This document shows, piece by piece, positions 12,062-22,926 of a stretch of DNA of 64,000 bases. The position numbers and the translations under genes were made by a program. The stretch's first letter is position 1. Each line of letters starts with the position of its first letter. The stretch is from Malacoraja senta (Eukaryota): assembly GCA_038087875.1 (NCBI GenBank), contig JAXLNO010000364.1, forward strand, positions 62,001 through 126,000, written 5' to 3'. The notes under the pieces were generated by a model. The model did not search any database. It was given only the letters and a program-made list of their open reading frames with translations, and was not told the origin of the DNA.

Positions 12062-15000
12062 GTGGTTTTGGTGGGTACACAGAAGGTACCTATGGTACCT
12101 GAAGTGCCTGAGTCTGAGGAATGTAGGGATTTTTCTGCGTTCATCAATAATGGGTTTGTTTCTCTGGAGGATGGGGATGAGAGAGTTCCAGTATCCATCT
12201 TGCGTGATACTGGTGCTACTCAGTCCTTTATATTGGAGAGTGTACTGCCGTTTTCTGGTGAATCATCGGTTGGGTCAAGTGTCCCTGTGGTAGGATTCGG
12301 GATGGATGACATGGTAGTGCCTTTGCATACCGTGAGTCTCGAGTCCCAGTTGGTTTCTGGCCGGGTAACTATTGGGTTACGGCCGTGTTTTACCGTTGAG
12401 GGAGTTTCAGTAATATTGGGGAATGACTTGGCAGGAGGTAACGTTTTAGTTACTCCTGAGGTGACGGCTGTGCCGATGGTACACAGTCCTGATAGATTGG
12501 CTATTCAGCATCCGAAAGTGTTCGCAACTTGTGCTGTCACGAGGGCTATGGCTAAGAGCCAGGCGAAGTTTGAGGATGTAGTGGACCTACGTGAGAGCAT
12601 TTTTGGAGATCAGGATGAGGGATCCTGTGTGTTGAAGGGTGTTTCTACATCTCAAGAGGGGATAGTGACTGAAAGTGGGCTGGTGTCGCTGTCACGTGAC
12701 CGGCTGGCTGAGGAGCAAAAGAGTGATCCAGGTTTATCTGAGCTGTTCGACCACGCGGTGCCTGAGGGGGATATGGATTCCACAGCAAAGGGTTTTTTTC
12801 TAAGGGAGGGCTTACTGATGCGAAAGTGGTCTCCCTTGGATATGTCTGGGCATGATGATTGGAGCGTGGTTGATCAGATTGTGATACCTCGGCGGTATAG
12901 GGACGAGATACTCGGTTTGGCTCATGATGGTCCTCTGGGTGGACATTTGGGGGTCAATAAGACGCATGACCGGATCTTACGGAATTATTTTTGGCCAGGG
13001 TTGAAAAGGGACGTGAAACAGCAGTGCAGGTGTTGTCACATTTGCCAGGTGGCAGGAAAGCCGAACCAATCGATTGTTCCTGCGCCTTTATATCCAATCC
13101 CTGTGGTCGGTGAGCCGTTTGAGCGGATTTTAGCTGATTGTGTGGGTCCTCTACCTCGGACAAAGATGGGCAACAAGTATTTATTGACAATTATGTGTGC
13201 GTCTACCCGCTTTCTGGAGGTGGTCCCTTTGCGTAGAATTACTGCCCCTATCATTGTGAAGTCTCTCACTAAGTTTTTTTCGTTTTTCGGTTTGCCCAAG
13301 GTGGTGCAGAGTGACCAAGGTTCCAACTTCATGTCGAAGGTTTTTGATCAGGTAATGACGTTTTTAGATATTAAACATTGTTACTCCAGTGTGTATCACC
13401 CTGAGAGCCAGGGAGTTCTCGAGAGGTTTCACCAGACTTTGAAATCTATGTTGAGGACTTACTGCCTGGAGTTTGAAAAAGACTGGGATGAAGGGGTTCA
13501 TCTAGTTATGTTTGCGGTGCGTGAGGTCGTGCAGGAGTCGTTGGGGTTCAGTCCTGCTGACCTGGTGTTCGCCCATACTGTACGTGGTCCGTTGAGGGTC
13601 CTAAAGGAGAAATGGTTGCAGGAGGATACAAAACGTAATGTTTTAGACCACGCCTGTACCTTTCGTTCTAGGCTGAAGAGGGCATGCGAACTGGCAATGG
13701 GTAATCTGGTTTCTGCTCAGTCTAGGATGAAGGGGTGGTTCGACAGGAAGGCTTCTAGTAGGGATTTTTCTCCAGGTGACAAGGTCCTGGTGTTGTTGCC
13801 TATTCCTGGTTCCAGTGTGCAGGCTCGGTATAGCGGTCCCTATCAGGTGGTTAAGAAGGTTGGTGAAAGGGATTATGTTATTGGTACCCCTGATCGAAGG
13901 CGTAAGACCCAGCTCTGTCATGTCTACATGATGAAGCAGTACCATGAGCAGGAGCCAGTGGAGGTTGATGGGGAGGTGCTCTGTCCTTCGGTTTCGTCTA
14001 AGCCTGTTTTGGCTGCAGTGGTGCTGCCCCCTGACACGGGTGGTGATGTGGGTGAGGCACGGTTGTCGGTGGCAGTGACGCAGGGAAGGCTGTGTAACTC
14101 TGAGGCTTTGGAGTCGCTTCCCTTGCGGTTGTCGCATTTGACTGAAAGTCAGCGGGGTGATCTGCTTGCTTTGGTGAAGTTAAATGGGTCACTGTTCTCG
14201 GATGTGCCTTCTCAGACGTCTGTGCTGCAGCATGACATTGACGTGGCCGGTGCTGCGCCAATTAAACAGCATCCGTATCGGGTCAACCCTGACAAGCGTC
14301 ATCGTCTAGGGAGTTAGGTTGACTATATGCTGCGGCATGGCATTGCTGAACCTAGTTGTAGTCCGTGGAGTTCTCCGTGCCTACTGGCTACGAAGGCTAA
14401 TGGGGAGGACAGGTTTTGCACGGACTTTCGGAAAGTGAATGGAGTAACTAAGCCGGATTGCTATCCTCTCCCACGAATGGAGGATTGCGTGGATCGTGTG
14501 GGAAGTGCATCTTTTGTGTCCAAGTTGGACTTGTTAAAAGGGTATTGGCAAGTTCCCGTGACTATGCGGGCGACGGAGATCTCTGCGTTCTTTACGCCTG
14601 ATAACTTTCTGCAGTATACAGTAATGGCATTTGGGATGCGCAATGCGCCGGCAACCTTCCAACGGTTGGTGAACGTTGTATTGTCTGATTTGTCCTTCTG
14701 TGAGGCATACCTTGATGATTTGGTTGTGTGCTCCAGGTCGTGGATCGAACACGTCGGTCATCTGGAGAAGGTATTCCACCGTCTAGCGGAGGCAAAGCTA
14801 ACTATCAATCTGGGGAAGTGTGAGTTTGGCCAGGCCACGGTAACGTATCTGGGTAAGGTGGTGGGCCGGGGTCAGGTTCGCACTCTCAAGGAAAAGGTGG
14901 AGCATATTGTCGCATTTCCTGCTCCAACTTCGAGGACTGAACTCCGTAGGTATCTGGCTATGGTTGGGTACTATAGGGGATTCTGTCCAAACTTCTCTGC

Positions 15001-15529
15001 GGTGGCTGCGCCTTTGACGGATTTGTTGAGTCCGAAGGTAGCTTTTGTGTGGTCCGCAGAGTGCCAACAAGCCTTTGATCATACAAAAAGTCTTCTGGTG
15101 CGCGCACCTGTGCTTGCGGCACCTGATTTTGAGTTTCCATTTAAGCTGGCAGTGGATGCTAGTGATCGTGGGGTTGGGGGAGTTCTTCTACGGGATGATT
15201 CAGATGGAGTGGAGCATCCACTTTCATACTTCTCTAAGAACTTTAATCATCATCAGAAGTGGTACTCCACCATTGAGAAAGAGGCCCTTGCTATGTTGAT
15301 GTCTCTGAGTCATTTCGAGGTTTATGTTGGCTCCTCGATTGTCCCTGTCATCGTACTCACGGATCATAATCCGTTGGTATTTTTGCATAATATGAAGAAT
15401 AAGAACCGGCGGTTAATGAGCTGGAGTTTGCAGCTGCAAGATTACAATCTGGAGGTCAGGCATATCCGTAGCAAGGATAATGTCTTGGCTGACGCCTTGT
15501 CGCGCCAGTGGAGTTTAGCTCCTGAATAG
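12062..15529 (+). pseudogene. pol: pol: protease, integrase, reverse transcriptase, RNase H (one in-frame stop at 14315-14317)
   Basis: PR ILRDTGATQS. INT HDGPLGGHLG..CRCCHIC, ADCVGP, SDQGSNF, ERFHQTLK. RT RFCTDFRKVN, KLDLLKGYWQ, AFGMRNAPATFQR, YLDD. RH VDAS, EKEALA, TDHNPL, NVLADALSR. Same reading frame as the 11606-12031 gag piece. Confidence 0.95.
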
Positions 15530-15595
15530 TTTCTGGGATTTGGTGGTGTTTTTGCCCTCTTCTTCCGAAACATATTCAGTATCTTTGGGTGGGGG

Positions 15596-15998
15596 TGTTA
15601 GGCGCTCCCCCTCCTGGTCAATGTTATGTATTAACATTTCTCTGTTTCTTTCCCGAGTGCAGGCCTCGTGGCTGTGAGTCTGGACATCAAGGGGTTAAAA
15701 GGCTCCTGTACCCGATTGGCCAAGCTGCGTCAGGTGATGGGTGACTCATCTGAAGCATAAATACCAGAGTTCCCAGAATTCTCTTTTTTTTCTTCGACGC
15801 ACCTGCCTCGTGAGCTGATTGCTGGTGTGAGCTGTGGAAGGGCTGGCCACATGGCATAGCACTTCGTGTAATTTCAACATTACGTAATACCAAATATTGA
15901 ATTCGGACGGACAAGGGCTGTCCTTTAAAGTTTTCGGTATTTTGTTTCAGGGATAGATTTCTTTTAGGCAGGTTTAGAGTCTCAGGGGAGTCGTAACA
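15596..15998 (+). repeat. 3' LTR (403 bp, ~180 bp internal deletion)
   Basis: Collinear with the 5' LTR up to GAGTCTCAGG, then jumps to GGAGTCGTAACA. Confidence 0.93.
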
Positions 15999-16649
15999 GG
16001 AGCAAAGAGGTACTTCTACAGTTGTACAGGGCCCTGGTGAGACCACACCTTTGTATTGTGTGCAGTTTTGGTATCCTAATTTGAGGAAGGATATTCTTGC
16101 TTTTGAGGGAGAAAGCGTAGGTTCACGACGTTAATACCCGGGATGGCGGGACTGTCATCTGATGAAAGAATGGAACGATTGGCTTGTATTCACTGGAATT
16201 TAGAAGATGAGAGGTGATCTTATAGAAAAATACAACATAGTTAAGAGACTGGACACGCTCGATGCAGGAAACATGTTTCCGATGTCAGGCGACTTCAAAA
16301 CCAGGGGCCACAGTTTACGATTAAGGGGTAGGCCATTTAGGACTGAGATGAGTAAAAATATTTTTCACAGAGAGTTGTGAATTTGTGAAATTCTCTGCCT
16401 CTGAAGGCAGTGGAGGCCGATTCACTGGATGCATTCAACAGAAAGTTAGATAGAGCTCTTAGGGCTAGCGGAATCAAGGGGTATCGGGAGAAGGCAGGAA
16501 CAGGGTAATGATTGTGGATGATCAGCCACAATCACAGATTACATTGAATGGCGGAGTAGGCTCAAAGGGCCGGAAAGCCTACTCCGGAACATATTGTCTA
16601 TGTATCTATGTATCTATGTATATAATTCTACCGATGCGTCAATGTGCTA

Positions 16650-17190
16650 TTCCAGTTTCGAGTACACGAATACATAAAAGCAATGGTGTAATGCTGAGGC
16701 CTCATGAGGCGCTGGTGAGGCCACGCTTGGAATATTGTAAGCGGTTATGAGCCTCATCTCTAAGGAAGGGGGCGCAAGCGTGGATAGGCCCAGAGGACGT
16801 TTAGTGGAATGGTCCCGGTTATGATTGGGTAAACGTGTGAGGATTGTTTGATGTTACTAGTCCTGTACTCGATGGAGTTTAGCAGAATGAAGGGAGACTT
16901 CATTGAAACACACAGATTAGTGAATGGCTTGGATAGAGTGTGTGTGGGGAGGATGTTTCTACCAGTAGAGAGCCTAGCACGAGATGGCATAGCCTCAGAA
17001 TTCGACGTTCTTTTAGTAAGGAGATGAGGAGACATTTCTTTAGTCAGAGGATGTTGAATCTGTGGGATTCTTTGCTGCAGAACGCAGTGCAGGCCAAGTC
17101 AGGGATATTTTTAAGGCAAGGATGGATAGATTCTTGATTATTACAGGTGTCAGAGATTATGGTGAGAAGGCAGAAGAATGCGGTTAGGAG
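16650..17190 (+). mobile_element. Decayed CR1 ORF2 3' fragment
   Basis: Remnants ALVRPRLEYC and EMRRHFFSQRMLNLWDSL. Paralogues at ~29490-30030, ~42080-42620, ~53311-53640. Confidence 0.75.
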
Positions 17191-17472
17191 GGAGAAACAT
17201 ATCAACTGCATTTTGCCCTCCCTCACGTTAAATATATTGTCTATCGAGGGGTGGGGCGGGAGGGGTGGGGGTTAGATAATGAATGTTCGCCCGATCTGTG
17301 CCTCTCATAGTGTCATTTTGATTGTTTGAAAGATACAGAGTGGAAACCGGCCCTTCCGTCCACCACACGACGACCATTTGTCATGCGCTCACACGCCAGT
17401 TCTACGTTATACTCAGTTTCCGTGCGCTCCCTACACACTAGCGACAATTTATGGAGGCCAATTGACCTCAAT

Positions 17473-18525
17473 TCGAGGAGGAGCCATCTTGAGGAACGGC
17501 TGCCAAACAGCAGCCGTGCGTTAATTGTACTTATTTTTCTAGTTTTTAGTTTTTATTTAAGTCTCTGTTTTTCTTTATTTTACTTTTCGATGTGGGGGGA
17601 ATCAAGGGGAAACCACTTCCTGGTCCCTACCTGGTCGGTGAGGCAGCCTTCTCTCCGGCTGCCCAGTCGACCCGTCCTTGCGGCCTACCAGCGGGCGTGG
17701 AGCGGCGTGGAGCGGCGTTTCCCGACGGGGGCCGCACAGCACCCTCAGCTTCGGTGGCGGCACGGCGCTGGAGCGCTATTGTGCAGCGGGGCGGGCGATG
17801 CCTTGCCTGGGTCGCCACGGTGGACCGGCGCGCTGGAGCTCCGGTGAGCTGGACCGCCCAGCTCAACACCTCCGGGCTGCAGGACTGTGGAGCGCCCATC
17901 CGCGGGCGGCGGCGCCGACTCCAACATCGGGAGCCTCGTGGCTCCAAATCGGCGCGGCCTTGTCGGCTTCAGGTGCTGCGGACGCCATCGGGAAATCTGC
18001 CGTTCCAGCCCTAGTTGCGGCCTCCGGTGAGGAATGCGGCCGTTCCAGGTGGCCCAGCTGCTGGAAGACTCTCCCGACGCCGGGGCTACATTACCCGGCG
18101 AGAACGGCCAGGATCATCGGGCAATAGAGGCAATAGCGGGGGCCTCATTTGGCCTGACTTTTTGGTTGAACTGGGGCTCTGGACTGGACTTTGTGCCTTC
18201 CCCCACAGTGGAAATCATTGTGGGGGGGGGGTGATTTTTGTTTGTAATTGTTTGTAATTGTATTTGTTAATCTGGGTTCAAGATGGCAGTCGGAGGGGAG
18301 AGTGGACGCTGGCGCGGTTTCGCTGCCGCTGCTCTCTCCTCAAATTGTGTTTCCGATTTTCTTTTTTGTGTTTTTGGAAGGAATTCTGTCCCTGATTTGT
18401 GTATTGGCCTTTATAACTTATTTTTTTAATTCTGATTATATGTTAACCATAAATCTCTGTAAGGTGTACTTGAGACCTCGGTATAAGGCGCCCATAAATA
18501 AAATTCATTATTATTATTATTATTA
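17473..18525 (+). mobile_element. ~1.05 kb GC-rich non-autonomous retroposon with L2-like (TAT)n tail, unique to unit 1
   Basis: Absent in other units (ATTGACCTACAATCCC). Approximate CAAT duplication (17469-17472, 18526-18529). Body is homologous to 3830-4660. Ends TGTAAGGTGTACTTGAG...AAGGCGCCCATAAATAAAATTC(ATT)n. Confidence 0.8.
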
Positions 18526-18594
18526 CAATGCCAAAGCATCCTGAAATATAGAAGCATCACGGGGCCATTTCGCCCATCAAGTTCGCTCCGCCAT

Positions 18595-19097
18595 CCGCCA
18601 CTCCAAAGACGTAGAGGTTTGTACGTTAATTTGCTTGGTGTAAATGAAAATTGTCCCTCGTGTGTGTATGATAGCGGTAGTGCGCGGGGATCGCTGATTG
18701 AACCTTCCGAACCATCTGAATTTTGTAGTCGGCAGGGCAGTACTCTGCACATCGCCAAGTTGGACAATTTTACATTTTTATCAAGCCAATTAACCTACAA
18801 ACCTGTATATCTTTGGAGTGTGGGAGGAAACCGAAGATCTCGGAGAAACCCCACGCACATCACGGGGAGAACGTACAAACTCCATACAGACAGCACCCGT
18901 ATTCGGGATCGAACCCGGGTCTCTGGCGTTGCATTTTGCTGCACCGCTGTGCCACCGTGACTGCAAAGACGTACGAGTTTGCAGGGAAATCGGCTTCGTA
19001 TTAATGTAAATTATTCTCAGACTGAGTAGGATAGTGTTAGATGCGGACTCGCTGGGCTGATGGGCCTGTTTCCGCGCTGCATCTCTAAACTGAACCA
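18595..19097. mobile_element. V-SINE (HE1-like) fragments in both orientations
   Basis: Minus-strand head/V-domain at 18782-18958 (CACGGTGGCACAGCGG..GGGTTCGATCCCG..GGAGTTTGTACGTTCTCCCCGTGA). Plus-strand 3' parts at ~18595-18700 and ~18963-19097. Repeated at ~30400-30915, 42990-43505, 54010-54510. Confidence 0.7.
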
Positions 19098-19871
19098 AAC
19101 ATTACAAGTAAAATAGAGCATCAGAATCAGTTTCGATGGTACGCTTTAAAAATTATCTGTCGCTCTCTCATGGAATTGTTTTCTCTCGCTGGAGAAAGGG
19201 GCTACATGACAGACAGATTTGTTGGGGGTGGGGGGAGGAGTGTTGCTCTCTGGATTGATACAGATTTTCACAGCAGTAGTCCGAAATTATATTGCGGATG
19301 TTTCCTCCAGTCAGGCTAGATTTCTGAATTTGAGGAATAAAAATCAATATACCAGTAAGATACACACACAATTCTGGCGTAACTCAGAGGTCCAGGTAGC
19401 ATCTCTGGAGTAAAGGAATGGGTGAAGTTTCGGGTCGAGACCCTTCTTAATAACCACCAGTAGTCAGATTCGAACCCGTGTTTCTGGAGCTGTAAAGCAT
19501 CAGCTGCACCGCTGCGCCGCCGAGGTCGTTTCCTCTTTACTTATTGTCTGAATGTACCATCCAAACTTCAGGAAATCTGCCATCCTCGTCCTTCATGTTC
19601 TGTGGAACACGCCGGAACTGAAATCCCACCACCTCGTCTGTAACCGACTCCGACACGTAGGATGAGGACTTACCTAAGAACAGCTGCTCCCAAATTACTC
19701 TCCCCACTTTCTACCAAACGCAGATATTTTTATTTTCCATTCTCCGATTTCTCAAATTAATCGACAAAACAATGTCCTTAAAACAATTTTATTATCAATA
19801 CTATAATATCTATCAATATAATTTATTTTATCTGTATTAAATTAAACTTTTAATTACTAAATTAATTAATT

Positions 19872-22695
19872 TTATTCTTCCTCTTCCCCGCTTCTCTCGA
19901 GGTCGGCGGAATCCACGGCCACCTCATGGTAGTCCTTCTCCAGCGACGCCATGTCCACCTGCGCGTCCTGGAACTCTCCTTCCTCCAGCCCCTCTCCCAC
20001 GTACCAATGGACAAAGGACCGCTTGGCGTACATCTTGTCGAACTTGATGTTGAGGCGGGTCCAAGCCATGGAAATGGCGGTGGTGTTGCTCAGCATGCGG
20101 AGGGCGCGTTGCACCTTGGCCAGGCCACCCCCCGGCACAACCGTCGGCGGCTGGTAGTTGATACCCACCTGCGGCCGAAAAAAAACCCATCTTAAAATTA
20201 ATTCTACTTGCACAAATATGCTAGCATTGTCAGTTTAGTACAGCGCCCTTAAATTGCACAAATAATAATTGAGTAATAGTTTAGCTATTCCGTTAAAGAA
20301 ATCTCTGGCTGTAATTATTCTCCGGATTGCCATCAGAGCCGCAAGCTCCGATACAAATGTGGTAGAGCCATGAAGGTATGATGTTGTGCAACTGGGAAGC
20401 GAGCTCGTCGAACCACCTTGTCCATGCCCCACAGTTGGCATATTGGGCTCGTCTCATTTGCATGCGACTGGCCTTTATCCTTCTAAATCCTTCCTGTGCA
20501 TCCCATGTTTTGGGATTTTCTATCTATGTTTTAAATGTAGCAAATGTAAGGGGTTCCAACTTTACCTGACAACTCGTTCCAGATGCGGACTACCCTCTCA
20601 ATAGATTAATTGTTCGGGAGGTCCTTCTTAAATATCTCACCCCTCACCTCAAGTGGAGGAATCCAGTTTTGAGATGTTAAGATGAGAGCACATCTTATCT
20701 ATGTCCCTCGTGATCTTGCACACCAGGATATGATTTATTTGCAGAGTACAAATAGTACCAAGTCGTTGCAGTCGTTGCATGTATGTTGTTATTCCAGCAG
20801 ATGAGTTAGACTGCATGTGTGTGCATGGAAATGCGAGCGTTGGTCACACTCACTTTGAATCCGGTCGTGCACCAGTCCACGAACTGGATGGAGCGCTTGG
20901 TCTTGATGGTGGCGATGGAGGCGTTGACGTCCTTGGGCACCACATCCCCGCGGTACAGCATACAGCACGCCATGTATTTCCCCTGGCGAGGGTCGCACTT
21001 CACCAACTGGTTGGCCGACTCGAAGCAGGCGTTGGTCAATTGGGAGACGGATAGTTCCTCGTGGTAAGCCTTCTCTGCACAAATAATCGGAGCATCGTTG
21101 ACGAGCGGGAAATGGATGCGCGGGTAGGGCACTAGGTTGGTTTGGAACTCAGTGAGGTCCACGTTCAGAGCGCCGTCGAACCGCAGCGAGGCGGTGATAG
21201 ACGACACCAACTGTGCCATCAGACGGTTGAGGTTGGTACAGGTGGGTCGCTCGATGTCCAGGTTCGGCCGACACACGTCGTATATGGCCTCGTTGTCCAT
21301 CATGAAGGCGCAGTTGGAGTGCTCCAGGGTGCAGTGGGTGACCAGCACCGCGTTGTAGGGCTCGACCACGGCGGTGGAGATCTGCGGCGCCGGGTAGATG
21401 GCAAATTCCAGCTTGGATTTCTTGCCGTAGTCGACAGAGAGTCTCTCCATGAGGAGGGAGGTGAAGCCCGAGCCGGTGCCGCCGCCGAAACAGTGAAATA
21501 TGAGGAACCGCTGCAGCCCGGTGCACAGATCAGCCTGAGGGTGGAGAAGGGGCAAAAGCTCAATTCTGTGCTAACGTTTAAAGGGATAGAACGACACGAG
21601 AGGGTCATGGTGCTCTCTACAACGGCGCAGAGCGAGATGGTTCGGTGAGAGAGTCAGTGATAAATAGAGCGGTGACAATGAATATTTGGGAGCACCGTGG
21701 CCGCAGCACTCGCAAATGGACCGGGGCAACCGGATACATTGGCGCTGTAAGCATGCGGAGCGGCTGTCGGCAATTTGCAGTCGCTGAGAAACCTACCAGT
21801 TTCCGGATGCGATCCAGGACGAGGTCCACGATCTCCTTGTCGATGGAGCAGTGGCCCCGGGCGTAGTTATTGGCCGCGTCCTCCTTGCCGGTGATGAGCT
21901 GCTCGGGGTGCAAGAGCTGTCGGTAGGTGCCTGTCCGAACCTCATCTGCAGGGCGGCACAATGAGAGAATTAATCGTTGCCACACACCGCACGGGAAGGA
22001 TTTATGAGAACGCCCAACATTCTCCTCAACTCCCAACTTACCGATCACCGTGGGCTCCAGGTCGATGAACACGGCCCTTGGTACGTGCTTGCCCGCACCC
22101 GTCTCGCTGAAGAAGGTGTTGAACGAATCGTCGCCGCCGATGGTCGAGTCGCTGGGCATCTGTCCATCCGGTTGGATCCCATGCTCCAGGCAATACAACT
22201 CCCAGCAAGCATTGCCAACCTGGACACCAGCCTGGCCGCTGTGGATTGAAAGACACTCGCGCTGTTGGCGAAGGGGAAACAGACGGTGAGATGTTAGGGC
22301 GAGAGGTGCGCGTTGGTAATTTCTCGTTTACCGGTGCGGGCTGCGTGATTTCCATGATTTGGCCCTGATCGCTCACCGTCCCACGCCGAATATGACCACC
22401 TTCCCAGTTCCACCCAACATTGCAATTCGCACTCTCCACGGTCCCTTCACGATAGTAACCCTCAAATTCCTCGAAATTACATTCCTCCTTTCCCTGCCCA
22501 ATATTACCCTGCGCCCTCCCCTCGTCGTAGTCTCATTCCCGCCCTCAGTTCCCAGTTACCCACTACGTTCCCATTCCACGGGTGCGCTCTCCCCTTCCCG
22601 TGTCCGGTCTCTGTAGACAATCGCTTCCCTCCCCCGTGGATCCCTCGCCCGGGGGAACACGCGCGCCCCCGGATATTCTCCCGCGCGCTAACCAT
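19872..22695 (-). CDS. TUBA: Alpha-tubulin, copy 2: open frame (449 aa) but heavily mutated; probable incipient pseudogene
   Basis: Exons 22695-22693, 22261-22042 (220 nt, one Gly codon deleted), 21945-21797, 21534-20854, 20168-19872 (TAA). No stop or frameshift, but I9S, F87L, G111D, G134R, S140C, D199N, R215P, Y224C, Y272D, P298S, P348T, D367G, C376R, R422Q, E423V and others relative to its siblings. Confidence 0.8.
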
Positions 22696-22746
22696 GTTGC
22701 TCCGCTCGCGTGGTTCTCGAGACTGTGACGCGCCGCGCCGCTCCGG

Positions 22747-22926
22747 TATAAATACGGCCCCCGGGATAGAACGCTGGCCTTCGGTAAACGCGCGCCGATT
22801 GGTCAATGAGAACAATGACCTTGGTTGCCACAGGAAACAAACATAGAAGGTTCCAAGGCGCTCATTGCTGAATAATCCACAGTGTGAGACGTAGAACAAT
22901 GGACCTTCAGTGACGCAATCCGTTGT
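22747..22926 (-). promoter_or_regulatory. Promoter, copy 2 (TATA box inverted)
   Basis: X-box-like motif at 22824-22838. The gene strand reads TATTTATA at 22747-22754 instead of TATAAATA. Confidence 0.65.

Larger units (their letters stand above)
10144..15998 (+). mobile_element. Gmr1-like Ty3/gypsy LTR retrotransposon, full length but defective
   Basis: LTRs with TGTTAGG...CGTAACA ends (10144-10728, 15596-15998). 5-bp TSD GGAGC (10139-10143, 15999-16003); empty site TACAGGAGCAAAG in the other units. PBS 10732-10744; PPT GGGTGGGGG 15587-15595. Domain order gag-PR-INT-RT-RH. Confidence 0.95.
6781..16622 (+). mobile_element. Formerly full-length CR1 LINE (decayed), unit 1; host of the LTR element
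   Basis: 5' UTR, partial ORF1, APE-domain remnants, RT motifs (HYRPVSLTSVVGK, TSGVTQGSELGPQLFTMYINDLDEG, KFADDT), and a (TCTATGTA)n tail at ~16597-16622. Many stops and frameshifts. Confidence 0.9.

Noticed and set aside
18860..18958. tRNA gene
   Set aside because: The A/B-box-like motifs belong to a SINE head and run into the V-domain. There is no complete cloverleaf.
19668..19675. Perfect splice donor AGGTAAGT downstream of the stop in copies 2-5, with an 86-aa ORF at 31257-31517
   Set aside because: It lies beyond both poly(A) signals, no acceptor or exon can be linked to it, and the ORF is not kept in all copies.
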